From the IMG/VR virus record IMGVR_UViG_3300017917_005385: a stretch of 26,009 nt of DNA; one strand, written 5' to 3'. The notes beneath the pieces were generated by a model that made no database searches, was not told the origin of the DNA, and saw only the letters and a list, made by a program, of their open reading frames with translations. A program made the translations under genes and the position numbers. Each line of letters starts with the position of its first letter. Position 1 is the stretch's first letter. Positions 17,920-25,886 of the stretch are shown piece by piece. Source of the stretch: an uncultured virus (IMG/VR IMGVR_UViG_3300017917_005385) (taxonomy: Duplodnaviria > Heunggongvirae > Uroviricota > Caudoviricetes).

Positions 17920-17923
17920 AAAT

Positions 17924-17951
17924 AAAAAAACCACTAATTAATAGTGGTTTT
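17924..17951 (-). terminator. Intrinsic terminator ending the nrdB-HAD/NTase-GDPD unit
   Basis: Minus strand AAAACCACTA-TTAAT-TAGTGGTTTT-TTT, containing the TAG stop at 17934. Confidence 0.7.
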
Positions 17952-18383
17952 ATAATTTTGTATGAAATCGCTGCATATTCCTTTACACTCACTTATATCA
18001 TCATCATATATTTCAGGCATAACAGATATGCTATTTTTCACTGGTTGTTTTCCCGGATATACCCAAATATACTTTTTAGATGTTATCGTTAAAGTATCTT
18101 CTTGGTGCCAAAAAAAATTAATATCATATCCACAATCACTGAAATATGATATAGCTTCTACATTTTTACAGTGAACCCATAACTTTGATAATCTATCTCT
18201 AAACCATCTAAAGTCCACACCATAATTTGGCTTATCATGTCCAAGATATAAAAAACCATCTACAAACCAAACATCAACCTCTACATCATAACCATCTTTA
18301 ATGGCTTTATCAATATAAGTTGGTTCATTCTCCCAAGATTCAAGACGACCATTTATGTTTCCTCTATGTGATATTAATATCAT
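17934..18383 (-). CDS. GDPD/PLC-like phosphodiesterase-family protein
   Basis: ISHRGN, EN, GYDVEVDVW, LGHD, WVHCKN and GICSD motifs. Confidence 0.75.
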   Translation of the reverse strand: MILISHRGNINGRLESWENEPTYIDKAIKDGYDVEVDVWFVDGFLYLGHDKPNYGVDFRWFRDRLSKLWVHCKNVEAISYFSDCGYDINFFWHQEDTLTITSKKYIWVYPGKQPVKNSISVMPEIYDDDISECKGICSDFIQNYKTTIN

Positions 18384-19741
18384 ACTTTATGGTTTTCTAA
18401 ATAATACTTCAAGTCTTCTGGAGTACCTAGTCCCCACATTTTTTCAACATCAAATATCTTAACTTTTCTACCCATTTCAATTGCTTGATTATAAACCGGG
18501 CAAACATAAAATTCATTATTAACTCTGATGTTTTTATCAATCATTTGTTCTGCACTTTTTACAAAATCAGAACCATGTTTCCAATAATAAAAACCAACCG
18601 TTGCGTTATCTGATATTGGATTTTTTTCAGCTACCTCAATTACTAAACCACTTTCATCTATTTTAGCAAAAGACCATTTAGGGTGAGTAGCTTTAAATGT
18701 AACAATACCACCATCACAATTTGACTCTTGCATTTTATACATAAACTCATTTGAGTCCCACTCTACAAACTGATCAGAGTTAGCAAAGAAAAGAGGATTG
18801 TCATTATTTATATATTCTTTTGCTGTTAAGGCGGTACAGGCAGCACCTTCAGTAAGACCATCTACCTCAACAATTTTACAACCAGGTGTAATTAGATTTA
18901 ATAATGTATCTAAGTTATATTTCTCACGATGAGATTTTTGAACAACAAAAATAAAATTAGCATCAATGTTTAAATTTTCAACCACAACTTGAATCATTGG
19001 TTTACCATTTACTTCAATTAGTGGTTTAGGAAAAGTATAACCAGCTTGTTCAAATCTTGAACCGGCACCTGCCATTGGTATTAAAACATTCATTTTTTCG
19101 TTTTTCCATTTTGGTGTAGTTGAAATCATATTATTTGATATAGTTTTAATTTTATTTTTAATATTATTATATGTTACTTCTTTTGGTGAAACAACTCTCA
19201 TAACATTAGAGTTACTTCTTGATGCTGCTAATAAACCATATGGTGAATCCTCAATAATCAAAGTTTGTTCTGGTAAACAACTCATCATAGAGATTGCTTT
19301 CCAATACATTTCTGGATGAGGTTTGCTATTTTTAACATCTTCATTTGAAATTATTAAATCAATAAATTCAATAATTCCTAATTTAGATAAAACTGTTAAA
19401 ACTGTTTTTCTTATACTATTTGAACATACAGCAATTTTATAGCCATCTTTAGATAGATTATTTAGACAATCAATTAAATTTTTATCTTGATTTAAACTAG
19501 AAAGCTCTTGTAGAGTATATCTTTGTTTTTCCTCCCATACTTTATCATATAAATCTTTAGGTAAGCCTTTATCTTTAGATAACATCTCAAGCTTTTGAGT
19601 AGTTTTTAAACCATCATACTTACTTAAATGTTCTTCCCAAGAAATTGAGTATTTACCTAAGGCTTTATTTAAAGTATTAAAATGTATTTCTTTTGCCTCT
19701 ACTAAAACTCCATCTAAATCAAAAATAACTAATTTTATCAT
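18380..19741 (-). CDS. HAD-family phosphatase fused to a sugar-phosphate nucleotidyltransferase-like domain
   Basis: N-terminal DLDGVL, CSNS, KPHPE and IEDS. C-terminal IPMAGAGSRF...PKPLI, EGAACT, VAEK and GLGTPEDL. Confidence 0.88.
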   Translation of the reverse strand: MIKLVIFDLDGVLVEAKEIHFNTLNKALGKYSISWEEHLSKYDGLKTTQKLEMLSKDKGLPKDLYDKVWEEKQRYTLQELSSLNQDKNLIDCLNNLSKDGYKIAVCSNSIRKTVLTVLSKLGIIEFIDLIISNEDVKNSKPHPEMYWKAISMMSCLPEQTLIIEDSPYGLLAASRSNSNVMRVVSPKEVTYNNIKNKIKTISNNMISTTPKWKNEKMNVLIPMAGAGSRFEQAGYTFPKPLIEVNGKPMIQVVVENLNIDANFIFVVQKSHREKYNLDTLLNLITPGCKIVEVDGLTEGAACTALTAKEYINNDNPLFFANSDQFVEWDSNEFMYKMQESNCDGGIVTFKATHPKWSFAKIDESGLVIEVAEKNPISDNATVGFYYWKHGSDFVKSAEQMIDKNIRVNNEFYVCPVYNQAIEMGRKVKIFDVEKMWGLGTPEDLKYYLENHKV

Positions 19742-19744
19742 AAA

Positions 19745-20701
19745 TTAAAAGTCATCATCTAGATTATCAAAATCAATAGCTTTATCAGATACTTTTTGAT
19801 ACTCAGCAACTCTCTTTTCAAAGAAGTTAGTTTTACCTTGAAGAGAAATCATATCCATGAAGTCAAATGGATTCTCAACATTGTAAACCTTAGGACAACC
19901 TAAAGCACTCATCCAGAAGTCAGCAACATACTCAATATATTGTTGCATTAAGTTTGAGTTCATACCAATTAAAGATACTGGTAAAGATTCAGTGATAAAC
20001 TCTCTCTCGATATCAACAGCTGATGTGATGATTTCTTGTATTCTTTCAATTGAAACTTTATTTTGTACATATCTATTATGTAATAAACAAGCAAACTGAC
20101 AGTGCAATCCTTCATCTCTTGAAATTAACTCATTAGAGAATGTTAAACCTGGCATCAAACCTCTTTTCTTTAACCAAAAAATAGAACAAAATGAACCAGA
20201 GAAGAAGATACCTTCAACTGCGGCAAATGCGATTAATCTCTCAGCAAAAGATTCAGAATTAATCCACTTTAAAGCCCATTCGGCTTTTTTCATAATTGAT
20301 GGAAAGTTATCAATTGCATGAAATAATTTATCTTTTTCAGCTGAATCTTTGATATAAGTATCAATTAAAAGAGAATATGTTTCTGAGTGAATGTTCTCCA
20401 TCATAATTTGAAACCCATAAAATGATTTTGCTTCTGGATATTGAACCTCTTTCAAAAAATTCTCAGCTAAATTTTCATTAACAATACCGTCTGATGCTGC
20501 AAAGAAAGCCAAAATCATTTTAATGAAATGTCTTTCATTGTCATTTAACTTTTCATTCCAATCTGTTAAATCTTGAGCCAAATCAATCTCTTCTGCTGTC
20601 CAGAATGAGTGCTGGCAGTTTTTGTACATGTCCCAAATATCGTGATATTTTAAGGGAAACATTACAAATCTGTCTTTGTTTTCTTGTAGTATGTGTTCCA
20701 T
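19745..20701 (-). CDS. nrdB: Ribonucleotide reductase class Ia beta (R2) subunit
   Basis: [49 protein letters not shown] and KTNFFEKRV motifs. Confidence 0.96.
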   Translation of the reverse strand: MEHILQENKDRFVMFPLKYHDIWDMYKNCQHSFWTAEEIDLAQDLTDWNEKLNDNERHFIKMILAFFAASDGIVNENLAENFLKEVQYPEAKSFYGFQIMMENIHSETYSLLIDTYIKDSAEKDKLFHAIDNFPSIMKKAEWALKWINSESFAERLIAFAAVEGIFFSGSFCSIFWLKKRGLMPGLTFSNELISRDEGLHCQFACLLHNRYVQNKVSIERIQEIITSAVDIEREFITESLPVSLIGMNSNLMQQYIEYVADFWMSALGCPKVYNVENPFDFMDMISLQGKTNFFEKRVAEYQKVSDKAIDFDNLDDDF

Positions 20702-20806
20702 ATTTTTTATTTATTATTTATTTTTATAACTATTTTAGTCTAATGTTTATGATAAAGAGTGCAATTTGTTTAGTCATTCATAAAAAATAATGAATATCTC
20801 TTTTTC

Positions 20807-20814
20807 TATATATT
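20807..20814 (-). promoter_or_regulatory. AATATATA element upstream of nrdB
   Basis: In the divergent intergenic region, about 105 nt upstream of the nrdB start. Confidence 0.45.
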
Positions 20815-20823
20815 GAATTTTAG

Positions 20824-20831
20824 TATATTTG
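20824..20831 (+). promoter_or_regulatory. Bacteroidetes-type -7 promoter element (TATATTTG)
   Basis: Matches TAnnTTTG, 25 nt upstream of the first gene of the + strand small-ORF cluster. No clear -33 TTTG. Confidence 0.55.
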
Positions 20832-20856
20832 TATTTTAAAGAAAGGAGGCTTTTTT

Positions 20857-21399
20857 ATGGATAAAAGACAAAAATGGAAAGATAAAAGATCAAGAATATT
20901 GGATGCGTTAGAATCAAATGCTCATGACAATCAATATGATAGTATGATAAATAATTTATCTTTATTAAATTCTGATGAGTTTTCAAAAATAAAAGACCGT
21001 TTGCTTTTCTTAGCACTTAAAAATTGTTCAAAAGAGTGTGCTCAGTTTCTTCTAAGTAAAGAAGCTACAGCAAATATTATGGACATATTGACAAAGTGTG
21101 AGTTTACTAAAATGGTTGATGTTTTTAATTTAATTAGAGAATTAGATGTAAGAGATTCTTACTCAAGATTCAACACTGAACTTCAAAAACCTTACTTAAT
21201 AAATCGTTTGATTGACCCATCAAAAGTTGATGCTAATAAAGAACGTGTTGATTATTTATTCAAGTTAATATCTGATGGGTTTTTCACAGCTGAACAAGTA
21301 AGAAGTCAAATAGAATTAGAATATAAAGACAAACCAGAAAAGAAAAATAAGTTTGTTTCAATATACCGTGAATTAGCACTAAAAGAACTAGGAATATAA
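20857..21399 (+). CDS. Hypothetical helical protein ending RELALKELGI
   Basis: 180-aa ORF preceded by AAAGGAGG. Carries the shared C-terminal motif. Confidence 0.75.
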   Translation: MDKRQKWKDKRSRILDALESNAHDNQYDSMINNLSLLNSDEFSKIKDRLLFLALKNCSKECAQFLLSKEATANIMDILTKCEFTKMVDVFNLIRELDVRDSYSRFNTELQKPYLINRLIDPSKVDANKERVDYLFKLISDGFFTAEQVRSQIELEYKDKPEKKNKFVSIYRELALKELGI

Positions 21400-21734
21400 T
21401 GGAACCCCATGTTTTAATTCGGAAAATAGATGATCGTATTCTTTATAAGATATCCGAGGGTTGTTCTATTGATGAATTGATTAATTACTTTACTATTGTT
21501 GCTGATGGTTGCCAAAGACGTAGTAGTTTTATTAAAGTCAGTTTAAAATATCTAATTAACAATTGGAAACTTATTAACACTGACAAAAAAATGAATACGC
21601 TTTATGTTATCTTTCTTAGAAAAAGATTAAAAGACTTGAAGTGGTTAAATGAAAATAAACATAAATTTCCTCAATTAGAAGGTGAAAGACTTTATAAAGT
21701 TTTAAGATTAAAAGACATTCTAGGAAATGAGTAA
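21399..21734 (+). CDS. Hypothetical protein ending KVLRLKDILGNE
   Basis: 111-aa ORF, coupled to the upstream gene (TAATG). Confidence 0.7.
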   Translation: MEPHVLIRKIDDRILYKISEGCSIDELINYFTIVADGCQRRSSFIKVSLKYLINNWKLINTDKKMNTLYVIFLRKRLKDLKWLNENKHKFPQLEGERLYKVLRLKDILGNE

Positions 21735-21951
21735 GCTTTGTTATATTTGTTTAAGTGATGATATCTTCATTGATGATAATGAACCACTAATTTGTGATAA
21801 GTGTGGTGAATATTATTGTTATGATTGCTCATATACTTATTCAATACACTATCAACACGAGGGTCAAAGGTGTTATCAATGTGCTGATCAAAATAGAAGA
21901 AAGCCTCTTAATAAAAGAGATTATAAAATAGATTATATTTTAAGAAAATGA
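21727..21951 (+). CDS. Small Cys-rich putative zinc-binding protein ending RDYKIDYILRK
   Basis: Four CxxC pairs (CYIC, CDKC, CYDC, CYQC). Confidence 0.7.
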   Translation: MSKLCYICLSDDIFIDDNEPLICDKCGEYYCYDCSYTYSIHYQHEGQRCYQCADQNRRKPLNKRDYKIDYILRK

Positions 21952-22223
21952 AACAAGTTTGGAAGTGTGACTTCTGTTCACATACAGATATTAGTGTTGA
22001 AAAAATGGCTCAACATGAACCAAAATGTTCTTTTAACAAAGTGAATAAAAAGTGTTATACTTGCAAATATCGATTTGAGGCAGGGTATGGTGGTGAGCAC
22101 ATTCCAGGTTGTGAGATAAACGAAAATATCTGTAGAGGTGAAGATGATGGAAATTGTCCGGGTTGGGTTTATGAGTACTTGGAAGAAGAACGTAATAATA
22201 AATTAAACGATTTAGGTATATGA
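21948..22223 (+). CDS. Small Cys/His-rich putative zinc-finger protein ending RNNKLNDLGI
   Basis: CDFC...HEPKC and CYTC...C...C...C. ATGA overlap with the upstream gene. Confidence 0.7.
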   Translation: MKQVWKCDFCSHTDISVEKMAQHEPKCSFNKVNKKCYTCKYRFEAGYGGEHIPGCEINENICRGEDDGNCPGWVYEYLEEERNNKLNDLGI

Positions 22224-22624
22224 AATTATATTATAATGGTAAAGGATACCCAGTAAAATGGAAATCTTTAATGAATAAAAATATGTGGTATAATATGGAA
22301 CCTGTCAAATTAAAAATGACAATTCCAGAATCTGTTTACAAGGCTATACTTATAGATATAAAACTAGATGAAGAAAATAAAACCTTGCGAGATGTTTTCA
22401 GATTCAACCTGTTACTACAGAAAGGTGAAATGTCTAGAGATAGAGATAAACTTGTTGTTGAATCTAGTGAATATTGGAAGATAGATGCTTATTTAGACAG
22501 AGTATCAATATCATCTAAATTTAGAAATGGTGAGGTAACTGCTATTTTTGAAGTTTCTATTTTTGAAGAAGAAGAGTTAGATAAATCTGAATTGAGAAAC
22601 ATATTATTAAATGAACTTGTATGA
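22220..22624 (+). CDS. Hypothetical protein ending RNILLNELV
   Basis: 134-aa ORF with ATGA overlaps at both ends. Confidence 0.7.
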   Translation: MKLYYNGKGYPVKWKSLMNKNMWYNMEPVKLKMTIPESVYKAILIDIKLDEENKTLRDVFRFNLLLQKGEMSRDRDKLVVESSEYWKIDAYLDRVSISSKFRNGEVTAIFEVSIFEEEELDKSELRNILLNELV

Positions 22625-22806
22625 TTATAAAAGATAGAGACGAATGGGTAAGTGTTGTAGATTGTCACTATTGTAAATCACAGACACCTACAAAAGAGAC
22701 ACATATTGTTGAAGTTGATTATAAATACTTTAAAGGAACCGGAAGAATGTATGTTCAAGTTTGTAAAGAATGTCATCGAGAATCACAATTAAACAAACTT
22801 ATTTAA
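22621..22806 (+). CDS. Small zinc-ribbon-like protein ending RESQLNKLI
   Basis: CHYC...CKEC. ATGA overlap with the upstream gene. Confidence 0.65.
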   Translation: MIIKDRDEWVSVVDCHYCKSQTPTKETHIVEVDYKYFKGTGRMYVQVCKECHRESQLNKLI

Positions 22807-22811
22807 AAGCG

Positions 22812-22840
22812 AAAAACAGGAGTAGCGAATTCCTGTTTTT
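22812..22840. terminator. Bidirectional intrinsic terminator
   Basis: AAAAACAGGA-9 nt-TCCTGTTTTT, with a T-run on both strands, just after the stop at 22806. Confidence 0.75.
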
Positions 22841-22890
22841 CTATAGCCACCCGATTTGGGGCGAAACTATAACGGGTCCTAAGCCGTTTC
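22812..22890 (-). ncRNA. Candidate structured small RNA (three consecutive hairpins)
   Basis: GC-rich intergenic island with G-U pairs that work only on the minus strand. An AATATATA element lies about 15 nt upstream. Confidence 0.5.
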
Positions 22891-22904
22891 AAAATTTATA
22901 AAAT

Positions 22905-22912
22905 TATATATT
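22905..22912 (-). promoter_or_regulatory. AATATATA element with no downstream minus-strand CDS
   Basis: Minus strand TTAATATATAA, pointing into the hairpin island. Confidence 0.5.
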
Positions 22913-22975
22913 AAACTTTTTACTCTCTCAAACATAGAATAATTCTGAATAAAGTCTAACTAATAAAAAACAAAA

Positions 22976-23287
22976 ATGATTAAACACGAAATCAAAGTAG
23001 AGTTTTCAAACTCTGAAGTATTAAAAAACCTTATCAACAAAGCTTATTTTGAAGAAGGTTACATGGGTAAGATTATGGGCAAAGAAAACTACATTAAAGT
23101 AGATGAATCTGTTGATGATATCGCTTACACTGTTTTCAAGGGTCTTAATAGTGTTACCGCTAAAATCACAAATGAAATTATTGATGGTGCTATGAGATTT
23201 ATGATTGACGAAACTCAAGGTGAAGTTCGTCTTTATCCTATTTCTGTTTACTGCATTCAAGAAGAAGGAAAATATATCTTCTATTAA
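22976..23287 (+). CDS. Hypothetical protein
   Basis: 103-aa ORF with an A-rich translation-initiation region. Confidence 0.75.
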   Translation: MIKHEIKVEFSNSEVLKNLINKAYFEEGYMGKIMGKENYIKVDESVDDIAYTVFKGLNSVTAKITNEIIDGAMRFMIDETQGEVRLYPISVYCIQEEGKYIFY

Positions 23288-23302
23288 AAAAAATCACACA
23301 CT

Positions 23303-24322
23303 ATGAAATTTGACTGGAATGATGTTTCAATTGTACCTGAAACACTAAGCACAATTGCGTCTAGAAAAGAAATTAATCCTTACTACAATGGTAAGCTGCC
23401 TCTTTTCACCGCACCAATGGATAAAGTTATTGATGATACTAATTTAAGTGAATTTGTTAATAACAATATCAATGTCTGCTTACCAAGACACGTCAAGTTT
23501 GATAATATAGAAAGTAGTGATGATTTTTTCTTTTCTTATGGTCTTGATGAAATAATTGGTATTATACAGACCGGTGGTAGAGTACCTAAGAGAGTTTTAA
23601 TTGATGTGGCTAATGGTCACATGATGAAACTTTATGAAACATCTAAGATGATTAAAGAGAAGTTTGGTGATAGCGTAGAGCTAATGATAGGTAACATCGC
23701 CAATCCCGATACATACCGGGAGTATTGCAAGATTGGTGTCGATTATATAAGAGTTGGTATTGGTGGAGGTTCGGCTTGTACGACCTCTGCCAATGTCTCA
23801 ATTCACTATCCAATGGGTTCATTGATAAGTGAATGTGCTCAGATTAAAAAAGAATTTGAAAATCCTACTAAGATTATTGCTGACGGTGGTTTCAAAAACT
23901 TCTCTGATATTATTAAAGCTTTGGCACTCGGTGCTGACTATGTAATGTTAGGAGGTGTTTTTAATAAATCACTTGAAAGTTGCGGTGAAACATTCTTAAA
24001 AGATGCTCAAGACCAATACTATGTAGTTGATATGGATAGAGCCAAAGTATCATTTGAAGCTGGTATTTCTGTTTATAAATACTATCGTGGTATGTCAACT
24101 AAAGAAGTTCAAAAGTCTTGGAATAAACACGAATTAAAAACTGGTGAAGGTATTACTAAATATAATAAAGTAGAATATACTTTATCAGGTTGGTGTGAGA
24201 ACTTTACCGATTATTTGAAATCAGCAATGTCTTATACAAATAGTAGAAATCTTAAAGAATTTATTGGTGAGGTTAGGTATGAAATGATTACTCAGAACTC
24301 ATTTAATAGATTTAATAAGTAA
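23303..24322 (+). CDS. IMP dehydrogenase / GMP reductase family enzyme (no CBS domains)
   Basis: APMDKV, IDVANGH, GNIA, VGIGGGSACTT (catalytic Cys), IIADGG, KALALGADYVMLG, YRGMST and EG. IMPDH versus GMPR cannot be settled by eye. Confidence 0.9.
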   Translation: MKFDWNDVSIVPETLSTIASRKEINPYYNGKLPLFTAPMDKVIDDTNLSEFVNNNINVCLPRHVKFDNIESSDDFFFSYGLDEIIGIIQTGGRVPKRVLIDVANGHMMKLYETSKMIKEKFGDSVELMIGNIANPDTYREYCKIGVDYIRVGIGGGSACTTSANVSIHYPMGSLISECAQIKKEFENPTKIIADGGFKNFSDIIKALALGADYVMLGGVFNKSLESCGETFLKDAQDQYYVVDMDRAKVSFEAGISVYKYYRGMSTKEVQKSWNKHELKTGEGITKYNKVEYTLSGWCENFTDYLKSAMSYTNSRNLKEFIGEVRYEMITQNSFNRFNK

Positions 24323-24323
24323 C

Positions 24324-24351
24324 AAAAAACCCACTTTAGAGTGGGTTTTTT
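24324..24351. terminator. Bidirectional intrinsic terminator between convergent genes
   Basis: AAAAAACCCACT-TTAG-AGTGGGTTTTTT. Confidence 0.85.
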
Positions 24352-24802
24352 ATTTTATATCTTTTAGTTTTTGTAACTCTTTTTCAAGGTTTTCAATTTT
24401 TGCTTCGTATTCTGATTTGTTAATTTTGATAGCATCATAAAAACCAGTTGTAAATAATTCTAAATTATTTTTAATTGTTGATGCTTTAATTCTAGCATGT
24501 AGTTTAGAAACGGCTTTAACCAAAACAATAGGACTTCCTATTTTTCTACCATAATCATCGGTATTATATAACTCATAAACATTCCACACATCAGTCATTG
24601 TTGGATTTGATACAGATAGATGATTAATTTCGGATATTCTTTTATCATAGTATTCAGTGTTTTTTGAAGATACGACTTTAGCACACCAAACTTTGAATTT
24701 CTCACCAAACTTTTCTAAGAATTCATTTACATCAGATTCAACATCAATTGGATCTTTATAATCTTCAGATTCAAATATTTTATAAGTATTTAAGTGTTTC
24801 AT
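24350..24802 (-). CDS. Hypothetical protein with MKHLNTYKIFES leader
   Basis: 150-aa ORF directly downstream of the neck gene, with the shared leader and a C-terminal coiled coil. Confidence 0.75.
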   Translation of the reverse strand: MKHLNTYKIFESEDYKDPIDVESDVNEFLEKFGEKFKVWCAKVVSSKNTEYYDKRISEINHLSVSNPTMTDVWNVYELYNTDDYGRKIGSPIVLVKAVSKLHARIKASTIKNNLELFTTGFYDAIKINKSEYEAKIENLEKELQKLKDIK

Positions 24803-24803
24803 A

Positions 24804-25604
24804 TTATCTCTTAACCATTATAAAGAAAGATGAAGTTGATTGTCCTTTTACTTCTTCTTCTACTTCTTTTACTTCTTCTTTTCCCTGAGTAACTAAGTCT
24901 GCTGCTTGTATTTTAACACCACCTGGTAAAGTGAAGTCATAACGACCAACTAAGTTACCTAATTGTTGTTTAGCATATCCAACAACATACTTAAAGAATA
25001 AATCTTCTTTGAATAAATTTTCAGCTGGAATATTAGCATAAGCCTCCATAATAACGTGGTGTTTAACATTAGTTAATATGTTAAGTCTGTGATTTAATTG
25101 GTTAAATTGATATCTAAGTGTATATTTATTCAACTGATTCAACATATCAGACATTGAATCTAATACTGTTTTATAAACCCCTAATTCACCAATTGTAGTA
25201 ACATAAGATGATAAGTAAGGTTGGTTAGTAACACCCATATTAACTGATAAGTTAGGAGTGTTAATACCTAATTGAAATAAACTATCACCTCTAACTTCAT
25301 ATAGATAAACAACTGTTTGAATTTCACAAGGAACAGTTACATAGTTATACTTTGTATATTCCTCAGTAAAAAAAGCTCTTTTATCTATAAAGTAATATAT
25401 TTTTTGAACAGCGTATTGATAGTTACGATAAAACCAAGGCAAAGCTCTAGTTTCAATTATTTGTCTGATGTTAGCATCAGGAAGTGTTTTTGGTAAGGCG
25501 CAAGATATAGTAAGCTCATTTTGAACTAAATCAATTAACTCGTCTATTGTATAACCACCTTGATATGGTACAAAAGCATCTTCAAATCCGTTAGTATCTG
25601 CCAT
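24804..25604 (-). CDS. T4 gp13-like neck (head completion) protein
   Basis: C-terminal KYVVGYAKQQLG....Y...LPGGVKIQAADLVTQGKEE matches the recalled gp13 pattern (LPGGV-x-I followed by a helix). Confidence 0.7.
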   Translation of the reverse strand: MADTNGFEDAFVPYQGGYTIDELIDLVQNELTISCALPKTLPDANIRQIIETRALPWFYRNYQYAVQKIYYFIDKRAFFTEEYTKYNYVTVPCEIQTVVYLYEVRGDSLFQLGINTPNLSVNMGVTNQPYLSSYVTTIGELGVYKTVLDSMSDMLNQLNKYTLRYQFNQLNHRLNILTNVKHHVIMEAYANIPAENLFKEDLFFKYVVGYAKQQLGNLVGRYDFTLPGGVKIQAADLVTQGKEEVKEVEEEVKGQSTSSFFIMVKR

Positions 25605-25624
25605 AAAATATTTTTACTTTTGTT

Positions 25625-25632
25625 TATATATT
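25625..25632 (-). promoter_or_regulatory. AATATATA element upstream of the neck gene
   Basis: Minus strand TTAATATATAA, 20 nt upstream of the ATG at 25604. Confidence 0.6.
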
Positions 25633-25634
25633 AA

Positions 25635-25666
25635 TTTGGCATATTCACTTATTTTTCTTATCTTTG
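25635..25666 (+). promoter_or_regulatory. Bacteroidetes-type housekeeping sigma promoter (-33 TTTG / -7 TATCTTTG)
   Basis: TTTG (25635-25638), a 20-nt spacer and TATCTTTG (25659-25666) give a full match to TTTG-N19-21-TAnnTTTG. Confidence 0.7.
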
Positions 25667-25697
25667 TAAGACAAACAAACAGATAAACACTACGATT

Positions 25698-25886
25698 ATG
25701 AAACTCAAAGGCACAATAAAAGTTGGTAAATTCACAAGAGAAGATTCTATGAAAGCTTGTAGAAAAGCCAGTCGTGAGATGGAGTTAGAAAACTCTGTTG
25801 GTTGGGTTGCTGTTCGTAAAGCACATAAATCTATTAAAGATTATACAAGAAAACCTAAACATAAAAAAGACTATTCATTTGAATAG
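25698..25886 (+). CDS. Small basic protein, ArfA-like C-terminal motif
   Basis: 62 aa with its own promoter and terminator. HKSIKDYTRKPKHK resembles ArfA KxxxSYxRKxKH. Confidence 0.65.
   Translation: MKLKGTIKVGKFTREDSMKACRKASREMELENSVGWVAVRKAHKSIKDYTRKPKHKKDYSFE

Noticed and set aside
17908..17934. Listed N-terminal extension MVFLFNIYL
   Set aside because: It is a translation of the terminator T-run and the AATATATA element. The ATG at 17907 is more plausible.
20730..20780. 15-codon minus-strand upstream ORF (MTKQIALFIINIRLK) before nrdB
   Set aside because: Too short, no attenuator-like structure is visible, and it is expected by chance.
22806..22890. tRNA or CRISPR interpretation of the GC-rich island
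   Set aside because: No acceptor stem, cloverleaf or canonical T-loop, and no repeat-spacer periodicity here or elsewhere in the window.
17962..23260. ORFs 17962-18174 (+), 20605-20790 (+) and 23021-23260 (-)
   Set aside because: Each is antisense to a better-supported gene and lacks initiation signals or motifs.
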